DNA of 63,416 nucleotides, the filler included, from Choristocarpus tenellus KU-1152 (Eukaryota; Protista; Phaeophyceae): assembly GCA_964200185.2 (NCBI GenBank). It is 12 parts of 12 records of this genome, joined end to end, with 100 filler letters (N's around TTAATTAATTAA, not from the genome) between each part and the next. Parts side by side here need not be neighbours in the genome. Positions count along the whole stretch, not along the records: positions 48,173 to 55,067 come from CAXNAD020007129.1; positions 55,168 to 58,067 come from CAXNAD020023799.1; positions 58,168 to 60,704 come from CAXNAD020026954.1; positions 60,805 to 63,416 come from CAXNAD020026284.1; 8 more parts are not named here. The stretch is one strand, 5' to 3'. Each line of letters starts with the position of its first letter. Positions within the stretch are counted from its first letter, which is position 1. Of the stretch, positions 49,846-62,875 are shown one piece after another. The translations under genes and the position numbers were made by a program. Below the pieces are notes generated by a model, which saw nothing but the letters and a program-made list of their open reading frames with translations, was not told where the DNA came from and did not search any database.

Positions 49846-52788
49846 CTGGATGAAATGAATACAAGTCTCTTCTTCTCATCCTTCTCCTCACTAGTGTGTT
49901 GACAGGTTCCTGGTTCAGCCTCCGGAGTTGAAATCGTGAGAATATCCACACGCCGTTGCTGAACAGTCGTGCAAAGGACCTCCCGGCGAAGAAACGGAAG
50001 GTTCAACCGCTCCAGGCTGTCCGTTTTCACAAGGGCAAAAAGGTTAGGGTTTGTGCAATATAGGCTAGGTAGTCTATAGAGTCTTATGTGTTTAGTGACC
50101 AACACTAAACAACAGAAGTATTGGCTCAGTAGTGTAACTTGAACTTATAAGTGACTGACATAGTGTGATTATCACAAACATATTTCAAACATATTTCAAA
50201 CACATTTCTGACATGTTTAATGATGAATGCATCAGATAACAAGGGAGAGCACCCCCCCACCTCGAGGGTAGTGCTCACTCCGCTAATAAACAAAGCCATA
50301 CGACATAAAGCAAAATACTCTATCAGAGTAGCTCTCTTTTGCATAGGGTTGAGGGTTTTTTTTGGAGGTGAGTATACAAGCATTGAACAAGAGGCCGGAG
50401 TAGAGCACGAGCTGTGTTGGAGAGAGGATGGGATAGTGATCGGAATGTGTCCCTGTCGGAGGGAAGAAGCGACGTCTGCACCAAAGCAGTAATAGTAAAC
50501 ATAAAATAAACATAAAATAAACATAAAATAATAATAATAATAATAATAATAATAAACACATGTATTGCATCAGACTGGTGGGATGTGTATCTCCTTGCAA
50601 AGTCTCCTGTGTTGCTCCCCTCGAGTTGGCATCGCTCACAATTTGGGTTAGTGCAAAAAAGAAGAAGATTGAACGCAAGGACGTGGCTGAGATAGAGAGG
50701 GCAGTCGAAAAAGATGCACTACAAAAATTGAGATAGTTGAAACCCGTTTGCAATACTTTTGCTAGTTCCGCAACTACTTTGTAGGTCACTTATGGTACAT
50801 GCTTGTACATGCTTACGTTATTGTTTTGTGGGGATGGAATGGCACACAATGGGGGACAGCTGCAGGGAAGTTAGGAGGTTGGCAAAGCTCTCTTATGTTG
50901 CGTATGTCCTCGCCAAAGTTGGGTGATTTTCGTGTCCTCCAATGATCCAGGAAAGCAGAGAAATATGTGCATTCAAAACTAGCTTGATTGGGGACTCTGA
51001 GAATGCAACCGGAAAAACAATTAAAAACTTCCTTTTGATGAGCAGTACACTCCCGACCTAAGACTTCTACTTGAGGAAAGTGGGTTGACCTAGGCTACAG
51101 AGGATAAATTGTCCCTCTGGACACAGTAGTATATTCACAAAAGCAATGAGACCACGGTGTTTGAACACACTGATATAGCCACATTATGGCTCGAGTCTGT
51201 GTGCTATTAGGAGGAGAGTCTGCGGATTGTAGGTTGGGAAGAAAAGGATAAATAATCTCAATCAGTTCACAACTAACTGTTGTTATGACACTTAACTCAC
51301 TCTAGTTTAATTCAAGTACATGCTCAGCTCTTGGATTCAAGAAATGAATCCGTGGTTGAAAATGTCCCCACCTTTACCCCCCACTTCCCCAACACACTTC
51401 TTTGTCTTTGAATGCAACGTTGTAGTGGTGATACCTTCACTTGCCTGTATAAGTACTGCTGAAGGTCCGAGAATGTGTAAGGGTATGAGTAGGCAAAGAA
51501 GTATGTGTCCTCCGGGTCGTCAAATTGAAACAAAAATGACATTACATACGACGTTTTCCTACCAGAACCCTTGGGACACCTGTAGTACAAAACCTGAGAA
51601 GAGGGCATGCGCTTAAAGGGAATCAAGCATGGCAAGGGTCAGGAGAGGCTCAGACAGTCAGCAAAGTTCGAATGCAGGGATCAGATTATGGATGAGATGA
51701 GATGTAGGGGAGGGGCAGTGGCGTCCTCCATGTAGGCGAGATCTAGGTGTGAACGGGTATGGCATCCATATTCTTGTGAAAGTGTAATCCTTCTGTGAGT
51801 TTGATGGGGAACTTGAGCGGTTTGTGACTACTCGATATGTAGAGCTCTGGTGGGTTGTTCAGGATTATGGATGGTAGAATCAGACCTCTTATCCCAGTGG
51901 CAGCAGTGATGCAAGGCTTACTTATTAGCCAAAGTCTCATTTTGTTTTTCCCTCACATTCCAGTATGGCCTCTGTTTGGAGCAGACAACAGGTGCAAGGC
52001 CCTCCCGATACAGGCTTTTTGTTTTGGAAAAGTTGGTGATGGTGAGTAGCACCTTCCGTCCACAACCATATTCCAGTTGACATTTAGGTGATGAGCACAT
52101 CAAAATAGGGTGTGTGTGAGAACTCATAGATTGTGTGGCTCTGTAGAGAGTCGTTCATAAACCTACCATTAATACAATTAATTGGAAGTACAACTGTACA
52201 ATAACTTCATGCCACTAAACAATCAAGTACGAGGGTCTCCTACTCAAACACTCTGACAGGAAACAATTCTAGCTTGTACTCCAGACTACCAATTGTATGA
52301 CTGTATTGCGTTGTATCTTTGTTCTCCACGCCCCGTATGGGAATGGGCTGGTGAATTTATCTTTATATGTAGGCACTTGAGACTATTTTCTCTCATACAA
52401 CTACTTAGACTTTCATGTGCAATGGTGAGGGCTGCATGAAACTCAATCATTTGCTTGCCATGGGATTTACTCATCAAACACAAAAAAAGATGTGGAGAAA
52501 AGTAAATTTATTATAGGAATCCGACCCAAAGCTCACTCCCTAATACTTGTTAAGGGGACGTTAGTGCTATAAATGCGCTACATCAACAAGGTGGGGGGTG
52601 CTTGGCACCTTTCCTTCCCGCGTTAACTGTAGCACTGCTATTGACAGGCAAGTAATACCTGTTGGTGTGGCAGAACATTCGAGATGGAGAAGTAGAACCA
52701 GAGTCTATGGCGCTGATTGTTGGTATCAGGCCTTATCTTAATGCTATATTCGCACTCCGACACCTGCTCAACCTCGCCAATATTCCCA
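49846..52788 (-). CDS. AGBL4: Cytosolic carboxypeptidase 6 (AGBL4/CCP6)-like tubulin deglutamylase, N-terminal exons
   Basis: Exons 52788-52659, 52052-51957, 51611-51445 (GC donor) and 50016-49846 give GNIGEV..EYSIKIRPDTNNQRHRLWFYF..NFSKTKSLYREGLAPVV..RPYWNRMP..YYRCP..YVMSF..FAYSYPYTFSDLQQYL..REVLCTTVQQRRVDILTI..VFISSR. First exon and catalytic exons not located. Confidence 0.88.
50235..50346 (-). repeat. Dispersed hairpin repeat (copy 2), intronic
   Basis: Homologous to 4349-4460. Confidence 0.6.
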
Positions 52789-53858
52789 CTAGTTACCAAG
52801 GTGGTTCCAGGGGTAGTGTGAACAAAATTCAAGCATACAAGGCTAATTTAGTCTTATTTTGTCCCATCACATTAGGAGCTTCTGCGCCATCGGAATGTTG
52901 CTACAATTGACTTGTAGATTGAAGTCCAGATTGCACCAAAGTTCCATATTTCCTACCTTGGCATCTCATCAATAGCAAAGCTGAGATAAAAATATTTTTC
53001 ATGGACAACTTCGATGGTCGCTAGGTAGAACTGCAATTCCCCGTAGGTCAACGTTACCTGCCATGCTATAAGTATTGTTGTATTGTGTGGATGCTGATGT
53101 ATGCAAAGTTATCAACAATATACTGCATTCAAGAAGTGGTTGAGTGTGGGAGTGTCGGTCAATTGTCCTGGAGAAAGAAAGTTTTTCCAATGCAGAGGAA
53201 CACGCTTATCAACTCACCTCTCGAAAGTCGCATCGAACTCTAGGTTTCCACGGGGAAGTTTCTGTAATTTCGCATTTCCCACACTTCCAGCCTGAGGAGT
53301 ATTGTTCGCTTTCCCAAACGAATGCTCGCTCATGAACCTAAAGCCCTGATTCTTTTGAGAAGACTATTCAAAGTGCTGAGTGCCTCACTCTTGTTTTGGA
53401 AGTAATTCTCTTACTGACTCAATCGTGGGGAAGATAAAAATACTATCCGATAGAAACAAAGTTGGTACGATGTACCTCTATTTTCTGTTTGGACTCCTCG
53501 ATGATCTCTCTCAATTTGAGTCAACGGTTACAAGTACGTTACAACAATTCAGGACTCCTACAATTGTGATCAACGAGACCCGATATGGACAACCTCTTGC
53601 CCCTGGGAGAAAGATACGATGTTTCGAGCGATGGTTTCCGGGAGAGCGTATTGCCACATCTACTGTGGGAGGTGATTGCTGCACAAGGGTAAATGTTGAA
53701 CCCTCACTCGAGGCATGGTCAACACATGACTCGCATGCTTGACTCTTCACTCAGTTGTAAACTTATTGGCTGTTATTATATACTCCAAACTAACCCCGAC
53801 GAACCTTGCCCATCGAAGTGTCTTACCTGTTGTATCCCTGTCCTCTCTCATTATAAAA

Positions 53859-55067
53859 GGGTAAGAAGACAGAGTGCGTTCCTAGCACCCCGTCCGAAAT
53901 CGTCCATCTGCTACCATCAATTGGGAAGGACAAAGCATTACGAAGGCCAAACGAACCTTCTACGCCAAGGGTTGTGGAGCCTGGTCTTCCACTTCCTGCT
54001 CCTGTTGACCGCAACTTGCTCGGTTTATATGACCCCTCATTTGACCCAAGCCCAATTGGGGTGGAGAAAAGAGGTATCACTCAGCCCGTACAAATCAAAC
54101 GGCCAGCTCCATGCGCAGATTGGGTTGAGGCAACCTTTGGCAAGGGTACACGACCATCGATTCGATCAGGACAGGAAGCAACAGGAGGGTCAATCGTTAC
54201 CATTTTGAATGGCTACATTGACCAGGGTAGTTCTACTGTAGAAGACAAGGAAGAGGTGCCTTGTAGCAACGCATCAACAGCAGGAAAATCCATGACCCTT
54301 GACGTGTTTGTGAAAAGAAATTCGAGACGGATTGAGCATGTGGCAATATATCCGAAGGAGATGTTTCGCCGAAACCTGAAACTCAATTCTTCAATGCATG
54401 CTCATCAGGAGGATGCCGCAGACTACTTCGAAGTGTCAGAGACCATAGAAGAGAAAGACGCCTTGCGCGGACTCACAGTCCTTTTGGCCAATGCAGCGCA
54501 CTGGCCTATCCAAACCGATGATTCCTTAAGCGAAACGCGTAACATAGGACAGCCATTCCGTACCCTGCTAGATGTGGCTGCCCAGGAAGATGGAGCTGAC
54601 TCTGGTCAAGATCCACATGCTGAAACTAACAAACTGCCTTCCAACTCAATAGATGTGCTCTTCAGGCATAGAAATGGCAGTGTGGGCCCTCCTCCAAGTG
54701 CCTTCAGAGTGCAGTTTGAGCCAGGGCCACTTGGTATGGAGCTTGAGCAGGATCCGAGCGGGAAGGGTCTGGTACAGGTTAGACGCATTCTCCAGGCTGG
54801 ACAAGCTGAGGACGATGGGAGACCCTCTGCTGGAACCTTGGTTGTGGCAGTCGGTGACTGGGATACTTCCATTGATGGTATATCTCACACCAGCAATAGT
54901 GATTACCATGGCAGAGCCACTGACCCTGAGGATGGGAGAGTAGGTTCCCTCAGCAGTCTCGACACCCTGGCAAATAGCGAGGGGCAGATTACCACCACCC
55001 TCGTGCGAACTCTTGATGACTTCGAGGCAGCTGCACATAGAAGAGGCAGAGACAGTCTTTTTTGTGT
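53859..55067 (+). CDS. PDZ-domain-containing protein, large exon truncated by a gap
   Basis: About 400 open codons; PDZ-like VQFEPGPLGMEL..VQVRRILQAGQAE..G..SAGTLVVAV; possible upstream exon ending AGG|GTAAAT near 53688. Confidence 0.7.
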
Positions 55068-55656
55068 NNNNNNNNNNNNNNNNNNNNNNNNNNNNNNNNN
55101 NNNNNNNNNNNTTAATTAATTAANNNNNNNNNNNNNNNNNNNNNNNNNNNNNNNNNNNNNNNNNNNNCTTCAGCAAGCGACCCATCTTCATAATTGATTA
55201 CTCAATGCCTGTCTTCAAGGCAGATTCTGCGTCTTCATCTGACGCTTAATCGTCCTTGCCATCATCCCCCGCACGTCCTAGGATATGTCCTGCAAATGGG
55301 TCAACGTCATATAGTCATGTAGGTACCCTCCCTCACCGTCTTCAGAGTACGTGGGTACATTATTAACAGCTTCCTATGCAGTCCTAGACACGTTTAGAGT
55401 GCTTGTGTGGTTGTTTGTGTCTGTGTTTGCCCTTCTCTCTCCCAAATATCCCAAAGAAGAAAAAATCATACGAGGAATTGGTCCCTAAACTTTAGGCGTC
55501 AACTTCCGACTTAATCGATACGATTACCAACAGTAGATATTCGAAATTAGTCAGATTTCTGTGAAACAAAGGTTGGCGTTGATGGGGTTTGAATCAGCGA
55601 AACTCCACGCGCAAAAAACGCAAACATGCGTATCAAAACCTTGAAAGGGTGAAAGA

Positions 55657-55730
55657 CGGTCCCGGTGAGGATTGAACTCACGACCTCTCGATTAACAGTC
55701 GAACGTTCTAACCAGCTGAGCTACGGGACC
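55657..55730 (-). tRNA. tRNA-Asn (GTT)
   Basis: GGTCCCGTAGCTCAGCTGGTTAGAACGTTCGACTGTTAATCGAGAGGTCGTGAGTTCAATCCTCACCGGGACCG folds into a cloverleaf with anticodon GTT; T runs downstream. Confidence 0.96.
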
Positions 55731-58167
55731 TAATTGCATCATCTGCCGACTATTAAATATTTGAACTATGCCTATACCAAGAATTCTAATAGTGAGGTTA
55801 CGATAGAGGAAGATATGATTCGAGTATCTCGTGTTGAATTTCCAGACTGTCACTTACAGCTCATCGCCTAAATCAATTTAGTTCCTCTACCACTACGCAG
55901 CATCGTCCAGTTCATCAGCAACCTCACTTGAGCAACATATGCATGGACAGAGACAGAATTTGCAGACTTGGTAACCAAACACTCAACAACGTTAAACCAT
56001 TTCTTTACAAAAGTTCAATGGAGGTGCGTGCAAACAAATATATATTCACGGTCAGTATATCGCATTGCTGATCAACGAGTTATATCCTACCTCACCCAGA
56101 CACTCCGTATGCATTGCTGCTTACGTATGCAAGGAGAATCACCCCAACCATTTTGTGTCCTAACTCCGGTATATTACCAGAGGATTGAAGCAGCTTCTTA
56201 GAAGTAGAGGATTTTTTTTTTATATTCGTTTTTGTTTTACCCTAGTAGAATTATAGTTACTTACATTTGTAAGCTCACATTTCTACTCACATTTTTGACA
56301 AGGATAACTACTAATTCTCCGTATATATTTAAAACTTACATTTGGGGTAATGACGTCTCTCTCCATTGTAGAATAATCATAACACCAGCCATCCTCATAA
56401 TAGGTAACTGGAAGTGATAATCTCAATACTAGGAAAGATTTGTATTGATCAGCAGTGCGTGTGTGTGCAAGTTACCAGTTTAAAGTTATCTGGACTGTGG
56501 CCGAGAACAGAACTGCTACTAATTAATTTTAACATTTCGGTTTTCTTGTATAAATAATCATATTGGAACTTCAACTAAATGCACGCACAGTGCGCTCTCT
56601 ATCGTGTGCGTGTCTCATTCAAAAACACAATCATGTCGACCCTGGCGTCTTGAGTCCCAGTCCACCTCACTCCCTCTCTGTACACAACACATCCGCGGAT
56701 CTATTTCACCAATGTAGTAGCACATACTACTATACACATTTGTTGTAATGCATTATTTCCATGATAAAAGAGGGCTAATGGTCTGACCCAGTCAGTGATG
56801 TATGTATTATTGTATGCGTAGCTGAGGATAGAAATTATAATGGCCTATCAACACTATAGTTGTTGTAGATTATGACGTTTCCTCGTCCTGTTGTAGAGTT
56901 GAACCAACTGAAAAGTAGGCAGGGTTGCATTTTAAGGATCCTGAGAAAGAGCAAAAAGATGTCATTTTGTACAATTGCAAAAAGAGTCTTTACTGAATTG
57001 TGGTGCCACTTCCTGTATGGAAAGGGGAAATATCAATTTCGGGTACCCAGGTTTTAGACGTTTTGCATCTTAAGTCACATTTTCCATCTTTTGCACCTCG
57101 CCCTTATTTCTATGAGGTCAAGCGCTAATATTAAAGACTTGAGATGGTTTATTTCTCTCTTGTTTGAAAACTTTCAACAGAATTTTAGAAAAGTCCCCAT
57201 ACACGTGTTCACAAAAAGTCGGAATTTGCACATACTTTTTCTAGCGTCCTTAGAAAAGTGCAACCCCGAGAGTACCTCACTTAGCTTATCTCAAAAAGGG
57301 CTCTAAAAACAGAAGGGAAAAAGATTTGCAACCTCTAAAATGCTTGTATTCCAATTTCAGAAAGAACACTACTAGGGGAAGTCACATCCCCCGAACTTCA
57401 CTGTGATCAAAATATTTGTTGCCACAAATGGGCCAAGAACCACCGACGAAGGGCCAGTAGTAGTTGTTGCTGATGATCCACGAACCAGACTCTGGGACCA
57501 TTTCGGGTGTGCCAACAACTGATCCTATTGATGCTACTAGAGGGTCAGGCATCGACTTTGGATCTCATGATGAAGGCATTTGAAAATCACTTGAGGGAAC
57601 ATTGTCTTTATCATGCAAAATTTTGAAAGGTTTACTAGCTACAAGTGCTTGTTCATGAATGAAAATATAACCTAGAAATGGTTGGCCTACATTCCACATG
57701 GAATCAATTGGGTACGTTATTTTTTAAGAGGGTGAAATAATTAGACACCAACTCAAAACCATTCAATAGAGTAAGGTGGAGAGAGAGGTTGAAGGTTGGA
57801 GTTGAGAGATCAGAGTTTCGATTTTGAATCAGAAGAGAAAAAGGGAGATAGAGTTCTACATATAGGTCAAGATCTAGGTACTGCAAGGTACCCATTTCTA
57901 GTTTTCTTTCAACCCCAGGAACATCCCCCTCGGTAGTACCTGTGTGTGATACAAGCCATTGGGCTTAGAACAGCCTCTCACCAAAATTGAGGATACTATG
58001 GAGGATGGGTTTGACACAAAATGGTGCTCGGAAAGTGCCCATATGTTTTTTTTTGTAAATGTTGCAGNNNNNNNNNNNNNNNNNNNNNNNNNNNNNNNNN
58101 NNNNNNNNNNNTTAATTAATTAANNNNNNNNNNNNNNNNNNNNNNNNNNNNNNNNNNNNNNNNNNNN

Positions 58168-58344
58168 TTCGTACTCCAAAATGTTTAGGAGTAGGTAAAG
58201 GGTGTATGTTATGAAAAGGTGTGTCCGGAACATGGATATTGATACTTCCTAACAGACACGACAGTAAGAATTACACCCAAATCGCAACATTGACTTTTTG
58301 GTCCTCAAATGGACGCGGCTCTACCCTCTAAGATACTCTGGCTC
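58168..58344 (+). mobile_element. MITE family A fragment at contig start
   Basis: Family A body ending TAAGATACTCTGGCTC. Confidence 0.9.
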
Positions 58345-58619
58345 TTTGCGTTGGATTCCTTGGAACATTTTATATTATAAAACTAAATCCAAAGAATTAT
58401 ACCAAGAATTATGTTCTGAAATGGTTCCGAAAGAATGGAAGACAGAATGGGTCATATTTTTTTTATCATTTTTTAATGTTTTTGCTACAGCGTGGAGCCG
58501 CACAACACTCTCAAAAACCCCATGGCGAGCTCCCACAGACCATCGTCCCCAATCAAAAGTCCACCGTCTCAGGGAAAGAACTGCAAGCTAATCGAGGAAG
58601 GTCGGACCGCACTTGCTCT

Positions 58620-59857
58620 CTGTGTTACGCATTGGCTCTTCCTCAGTGTCACGAGAGGCTCCTGAGAGGTGTGGGGTCTAAATTGGCGAAAAATTTGGAG
58701 TGGGAGGGGGACACCCTAGATGGGTGTGGGCTCGCGTCAAAGAACAGTTAAACAAGAGGATTACTGTCTCCCTCGAATCACAAGCACAATCCAGACTTTG
58801 CGCCAACGAAACAAGCGAAGATCCGGGGAATCAATGCTAGAAATCGCGCGCTGACTATCAACCAACTTTTCCCCAAGCTCGTCGAAGCAGGTCTCGCAGT
58901 TGGTAGTTCAAAGTTTCATCACTGGATTGAAGTCATGGGAGCAAGGAGGGTTCAGCGGCGTGTCACCCCTAGCCTTTCGTTTTCTCACAAGAAGAACAGG
59001 GTGGACTTCGTCCTTCACCAGATCTCCTGCAACTGCAAAACCTACAGGACTGGCCCCAACAACATCCTCGTCGATGAGGTGTGATTCTACCTCATCCGTG
59101 AACGAGAAATGGTGCGCATGTTCCTTGGGGAGGAAAAGGTGGACTCGGCGAAGGTGCAGCACAAGCGTCACATTTCCAAAGTGATACTCGTATCTGTCAT
59201 TCACGCCTGTATCCTTCCCATGATTTGAAGGCAAGATCAGGATTTGGCCAGTTTGTGCGAACTAAGGAGGCGCAACAGACTACAGCGTGGCAAATGAAGG
59301 GTGAGTAGTACGAGGTCAATGTCACTGTCAACGCAAAGTGGTACCTGGAGTGGTACACGGAGCAGCTGTTGCCAGCAATCAAGGAAAGAATACCGTGGCT
59401 GGAATGGGGGGGGGTCTCCATACAGCAGGACAGCGCAACCCCACATACGGGCATCAGCATGGTGCAGAATCTGAACGCAGTAGGGATGGAGGAGGGACGG
59501 AACATTAAGCTCGTGACGCAGCCAGCACAGTTGCCTGATCTCAATATCAATGATTTGGGGTTTCTTGCATCTCTGAAGAGCAGGGTTTGGGCGGAGTGTT
59601 ATGGCACCATTGATGGACTTGTAGAGGGAGTTTCAAGCATGTTCCACACGTACAATGCAAACACGCTCAAGAGGGTGTGGCAGAGTCTGTTTGAGAGGTA
59701 CAACCAGGTGCTAAGGGCGCTGGGGGGGAACGATTTCGAGGTAGAGCACACCAGGACCAAAAATAGGCAGCGGGAGGGTGAGTTGGCTACATCAGTCGAA
59801 GTACGTTGAGCAGCCTCTGCAGCGGCCCTGGATTGGTGGGTTAACAGTGTCGAATAA
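58620..59857 (+). pseudogene. Tc1/mariner (plant-mariner-like) transposase relic, near full length, DD40D
   Basis: HTH-like N-terminus; LVDEV*FYL, VQHKRHISKV, LLPAIKE, IQQDSATPH, QPAQLPDLNINDLGF, GGNDF; frameshifts and stops. Confidence 0.92.
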
Positions 59858-60209
59858 AGGTGAGGCATACACATTTAATGTAAAATATTCTAAGGAATCC
59901 AACGCAAAGGTTCGTTTTATAATTGGAGGTCATATCAAAGAGCTGCAACATAAAAGCCCAGACTTATGTGACAGAGGGAGTATGGAGAAGAGAGAGGCGT
60001 CCTTGAGTGATTTGAAGTGGTGGATGGATGGCGACAACTAGAGGCCATTTCCTACACTTTCCTACAAAACCCCCCTAGAAATATGGGGTTTGTGTATTGC
60101 ACTGACACTAAAAGGTTGCCGACCAAAATCTCCAGGAAAATGGGACAGCCTAGACCTATCTATGTCGCCACCCATGACGCTCTCCAAAACTCCCTTCCGG
60201 CACGGGATT

Positions 60210-60468
60210 TTGTTGCATCCACCAGGGCATTCAGAGGGAGCTTGCCTGCCCTCTCAGCCTTTTCCTTGCTAAGATGGGATTCTTGAAGACGTTGTCAAAC
60301 CTTGGACCCCAGCACTTCACCATAGACTGCGAAGAGGCTCTGCCAGATGCGCTCTAGTATCTCCCAGGGGTACAGATCGGACTGTTCCATTGTGGCCTCC
60401 ACCAGCTCCTCTCTGTTGGTCACACCCAACTCTTCTTTCAATTTCTGGATGCAATGAAAGAATCCCAG
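60210..60468 (-). pseudogene. Third mariner transposase fragment (C-terminus)
   Basis: LGFFHCIQKLKEELGVTNREELVEA..YPWEILERIWQSLFAVYGEVL; cut at the MITE at 60469. Confidence 0.8.
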
Positions 60469-60637
60469 GAGTGAAATTATTTTAGAGGGTACGAGTTTTG
60501 CCCTGTTTTTCCATTTGAGGCTTGGCTTCCCATTATTTGTTTTAGTATATTTTACCTACTCAGAAACGTTTTGGAGTAGGTAAAATGTAGATGTTATGAA
60601 AAGGTGTGTTCTGAACAAGGATATTGACACTTCCTTA
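60469..60637 (+). mobile_element. MITE family A, interrupted by a family D element
   Basis: Family A left TIR and body up to GACACTTCCTTA, then GGGTCAAAGTGTCT. Confidence 0.9.
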
Positions 60638-60704
60638 GGGTCAAAGTGTCTGGGGGGGGGGTGTCGGCGTCTGTTTTTCACCCTTTTTTCGATTTTCACT
60701 TTTT
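60638..60704 (+). mobile_element. Family D end nested in MITE A
   Basis: Matches 4653-4706. Confidence 0.8.
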
Positions 60705-61807
60705 NNNNNNNNNNNNNNNNNNNNNNNNNNNNNNNNNNNNNNNNNNNNTTAATTAATTAANNNNNNNNNNNNNNNNNNNNNNNNNNNNNNNNNNNNNNNN
60801 NNNNCCCAAAAATTGCGACATGAAAAAATTGACCCCAAATGGACAGCCGCCACCCCCTCCCAGATACTTTGAGTCAGTACTTGGACTTTCAGCATTGTCG
60901 CATACAGAGTACAGTATATTTCTACACAGTGCTAGGGTTAGGGTTCCACACAGTATTAACAATGCGCCGGATATGGAGCTGGGCGGGTTAGGGATAGGGT
61001 TTTTATAATGTTGTCATGGAGGGTGTGAGAATGAATGTCAATGCTGATAAATGTGCAAGGTGGTTGAATCTTGAAAATAAAGGTGGGGGTCAGGAATCTG
61101 TTGGATGGCAGACTTGATGTGGCAGCGGTTGTGTGAAATATAATTGTGTTTGAGAGACTGTTATGTGAGAGTTTGACTCTTTGGGGGTCAGATAAAAGTC
61201 TTCTTCATCGGTCTTCTTAGACCTCTCCTTTGGTTTAATGAGGGGCGTTGCTGCGAGCTAAATCCAGAACGTTCCCGATTTTTCTGCCAGCTGGAGATAT
61301 ATGTAAATTCGAGACTTGAGGTCTTACTTCCAGCAACGTGGTGGAGGGTACCAAAATGTTGCTGTTTGGCATAGATGGTACGCACAGATTTGGCTTAGTA
61401 ACAATGTGTCATTTTGGCTGTAGAAGTAGTTTCTTTGATAGGAGAGGATGACACTTCAATGGAATGACCTACCTGTGTGATGTAGTACCAAAACCCAAAG
61501 TACCAACATGAAAAACTGAAAGAGCTTTGCACATAACAACCACCTACAGACCAGGGTTTCGTAAGAATATGCTATGACAATGACTTGCCAGTGCTAGGTA
61601 CATCAGGAATGAACGCAGAGATGAAATTCTGCCGGTGTTCAAATGTAGAACTATGATTCAAAGTAGCTCAAGACTAGCATTGTTACATATTACTATGTAA
61701 GGTGTTTATGTAACTTGAGATATAGTGAGTGTAATTGTGTTTGAAGCATGAAAGAATGCAACGCCTCATCATGCCTTATACACACACTTTCACACCCAAC
61801 ACCCAAT

Positions 61808-62086
61808 GGTCCTATAGTATCCTAGAGGGGCGGGGTCAGGCGTCCATTTTGGGGTCTGTGTGACCCTGTTGCGATCTCCGTGTCATTTCAGTGAACGCAT
61901 CAGATTTAAGGGCAGTTTCCCTTTATCTAACTAAACCCACCTCCCTTTTCCATCCCCCCACCTGGGCCAAATCCGAAAATAATCACCCAAAGAATGAAAT
62001 CAAACTGGGGTGTCACAAAGCCTGATAAAGCCCCAAATGGACAACCTGGTCAAAATGCCCCTCACCTCTCTAGGATAACATTGGCC
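61808..62086 (+). mobile_element. MITE family C (copy 2)
   Basis: ATAGTATCCTAGAGGGG..GTCCATTTTGG...CCAAATGGAC..CTCTAGGATA; homologous to 12887-13090. Confidence 0.75.
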
Positions 62087-62132
62087 ACAATGGGTCGCAG
62101 AAACAAATAGGGTACGGGGCATATATAATCAC

Positions 62133-62875
62133 CTCAGATGCTCCGGCAGCACTCCTCCAAGGCTGCCATCCCCTGTAGGGTTCCCCTGAAACCTAATGCA
62201 GTTACTCAACTGGAGTCGAATAGCGTCCACCCCCCCGCATGCCACAGTAACCTGTATGGTGTCAGTTACATATCACACCATTGTCCGGATGGCAAGGGAT
62301 GCATTGAAGACATGGAGTAGAAGTCAAAGGTGGTTGTCAACCTGCTAGACTGCTAGAGATGAGGCATCAATGGAAGGAAACTGTAACTACATGGTACAAA
62401 AACGGAAAACTGAGTCACCCCACCTCACCACAGGAGAGGGAACAAAAGAGCTGTTGATCGACATGCGTGGAGCATTTTGTTACGATATCATAGTTCAAAG
62501 AACCGTACGATATCATAATCTTCAGGGGGGAGGAGAACAAAGCAACTTTTTTTTCTATATAACTAACATTGTCTTAAGTCACACAACAGGGTAGAGTGCA
62601 TCATCCCCTTTTGGGGTGGGTAACATAAAACGTAAAGCCACGGGCCCATATCCCCCAACTACTCTCCATTATTCGTTCCAAATCCCTTTCCCATGAACCA
62701 TGACAGGAATATGGATAAGATACCAAAATATACCTCATGGACGGTGACTGGCCTCAAGAGGAATATCGTTAACGTGTGAGGGAACAACCCTGATGATGCC
62801 CAGAATGAAAGGTTCTGGCCATCGACCACAGCCAATGGGGGGTGAAGGGGATCAAAACTTGTCCCCATCACTTTG
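62133..62875 (-). CDS. IFT25: IFT25/HSPB11-like protein, two internal exons
   Basis: Exon 62875-62734 KVMGTSFDPLHPPLAVVDGQNLSFWASSGLFPHTLTIFL resembles the IFT25 pattern TS.D..HPP..I.DG...FW...G.FP. It is phase-compatible with exon 62251-62133 (VTVACGGVDAIRL). Confidence 0.7.

Noticed and set aside
56920-57337. Possible hAT-like element (CAGGGTTGCA...TGCAACCTCTA)
   Set aside because: The inverted repeat is short and imperfect, there is no 8-bp TSD and only one copy.
5892-62875. Apparent cluster of ciliary genes (SPEF2, AGBL4, IFT25)
   Set aside because: They are on different contigs joined by linkers, so linkage is not shown.
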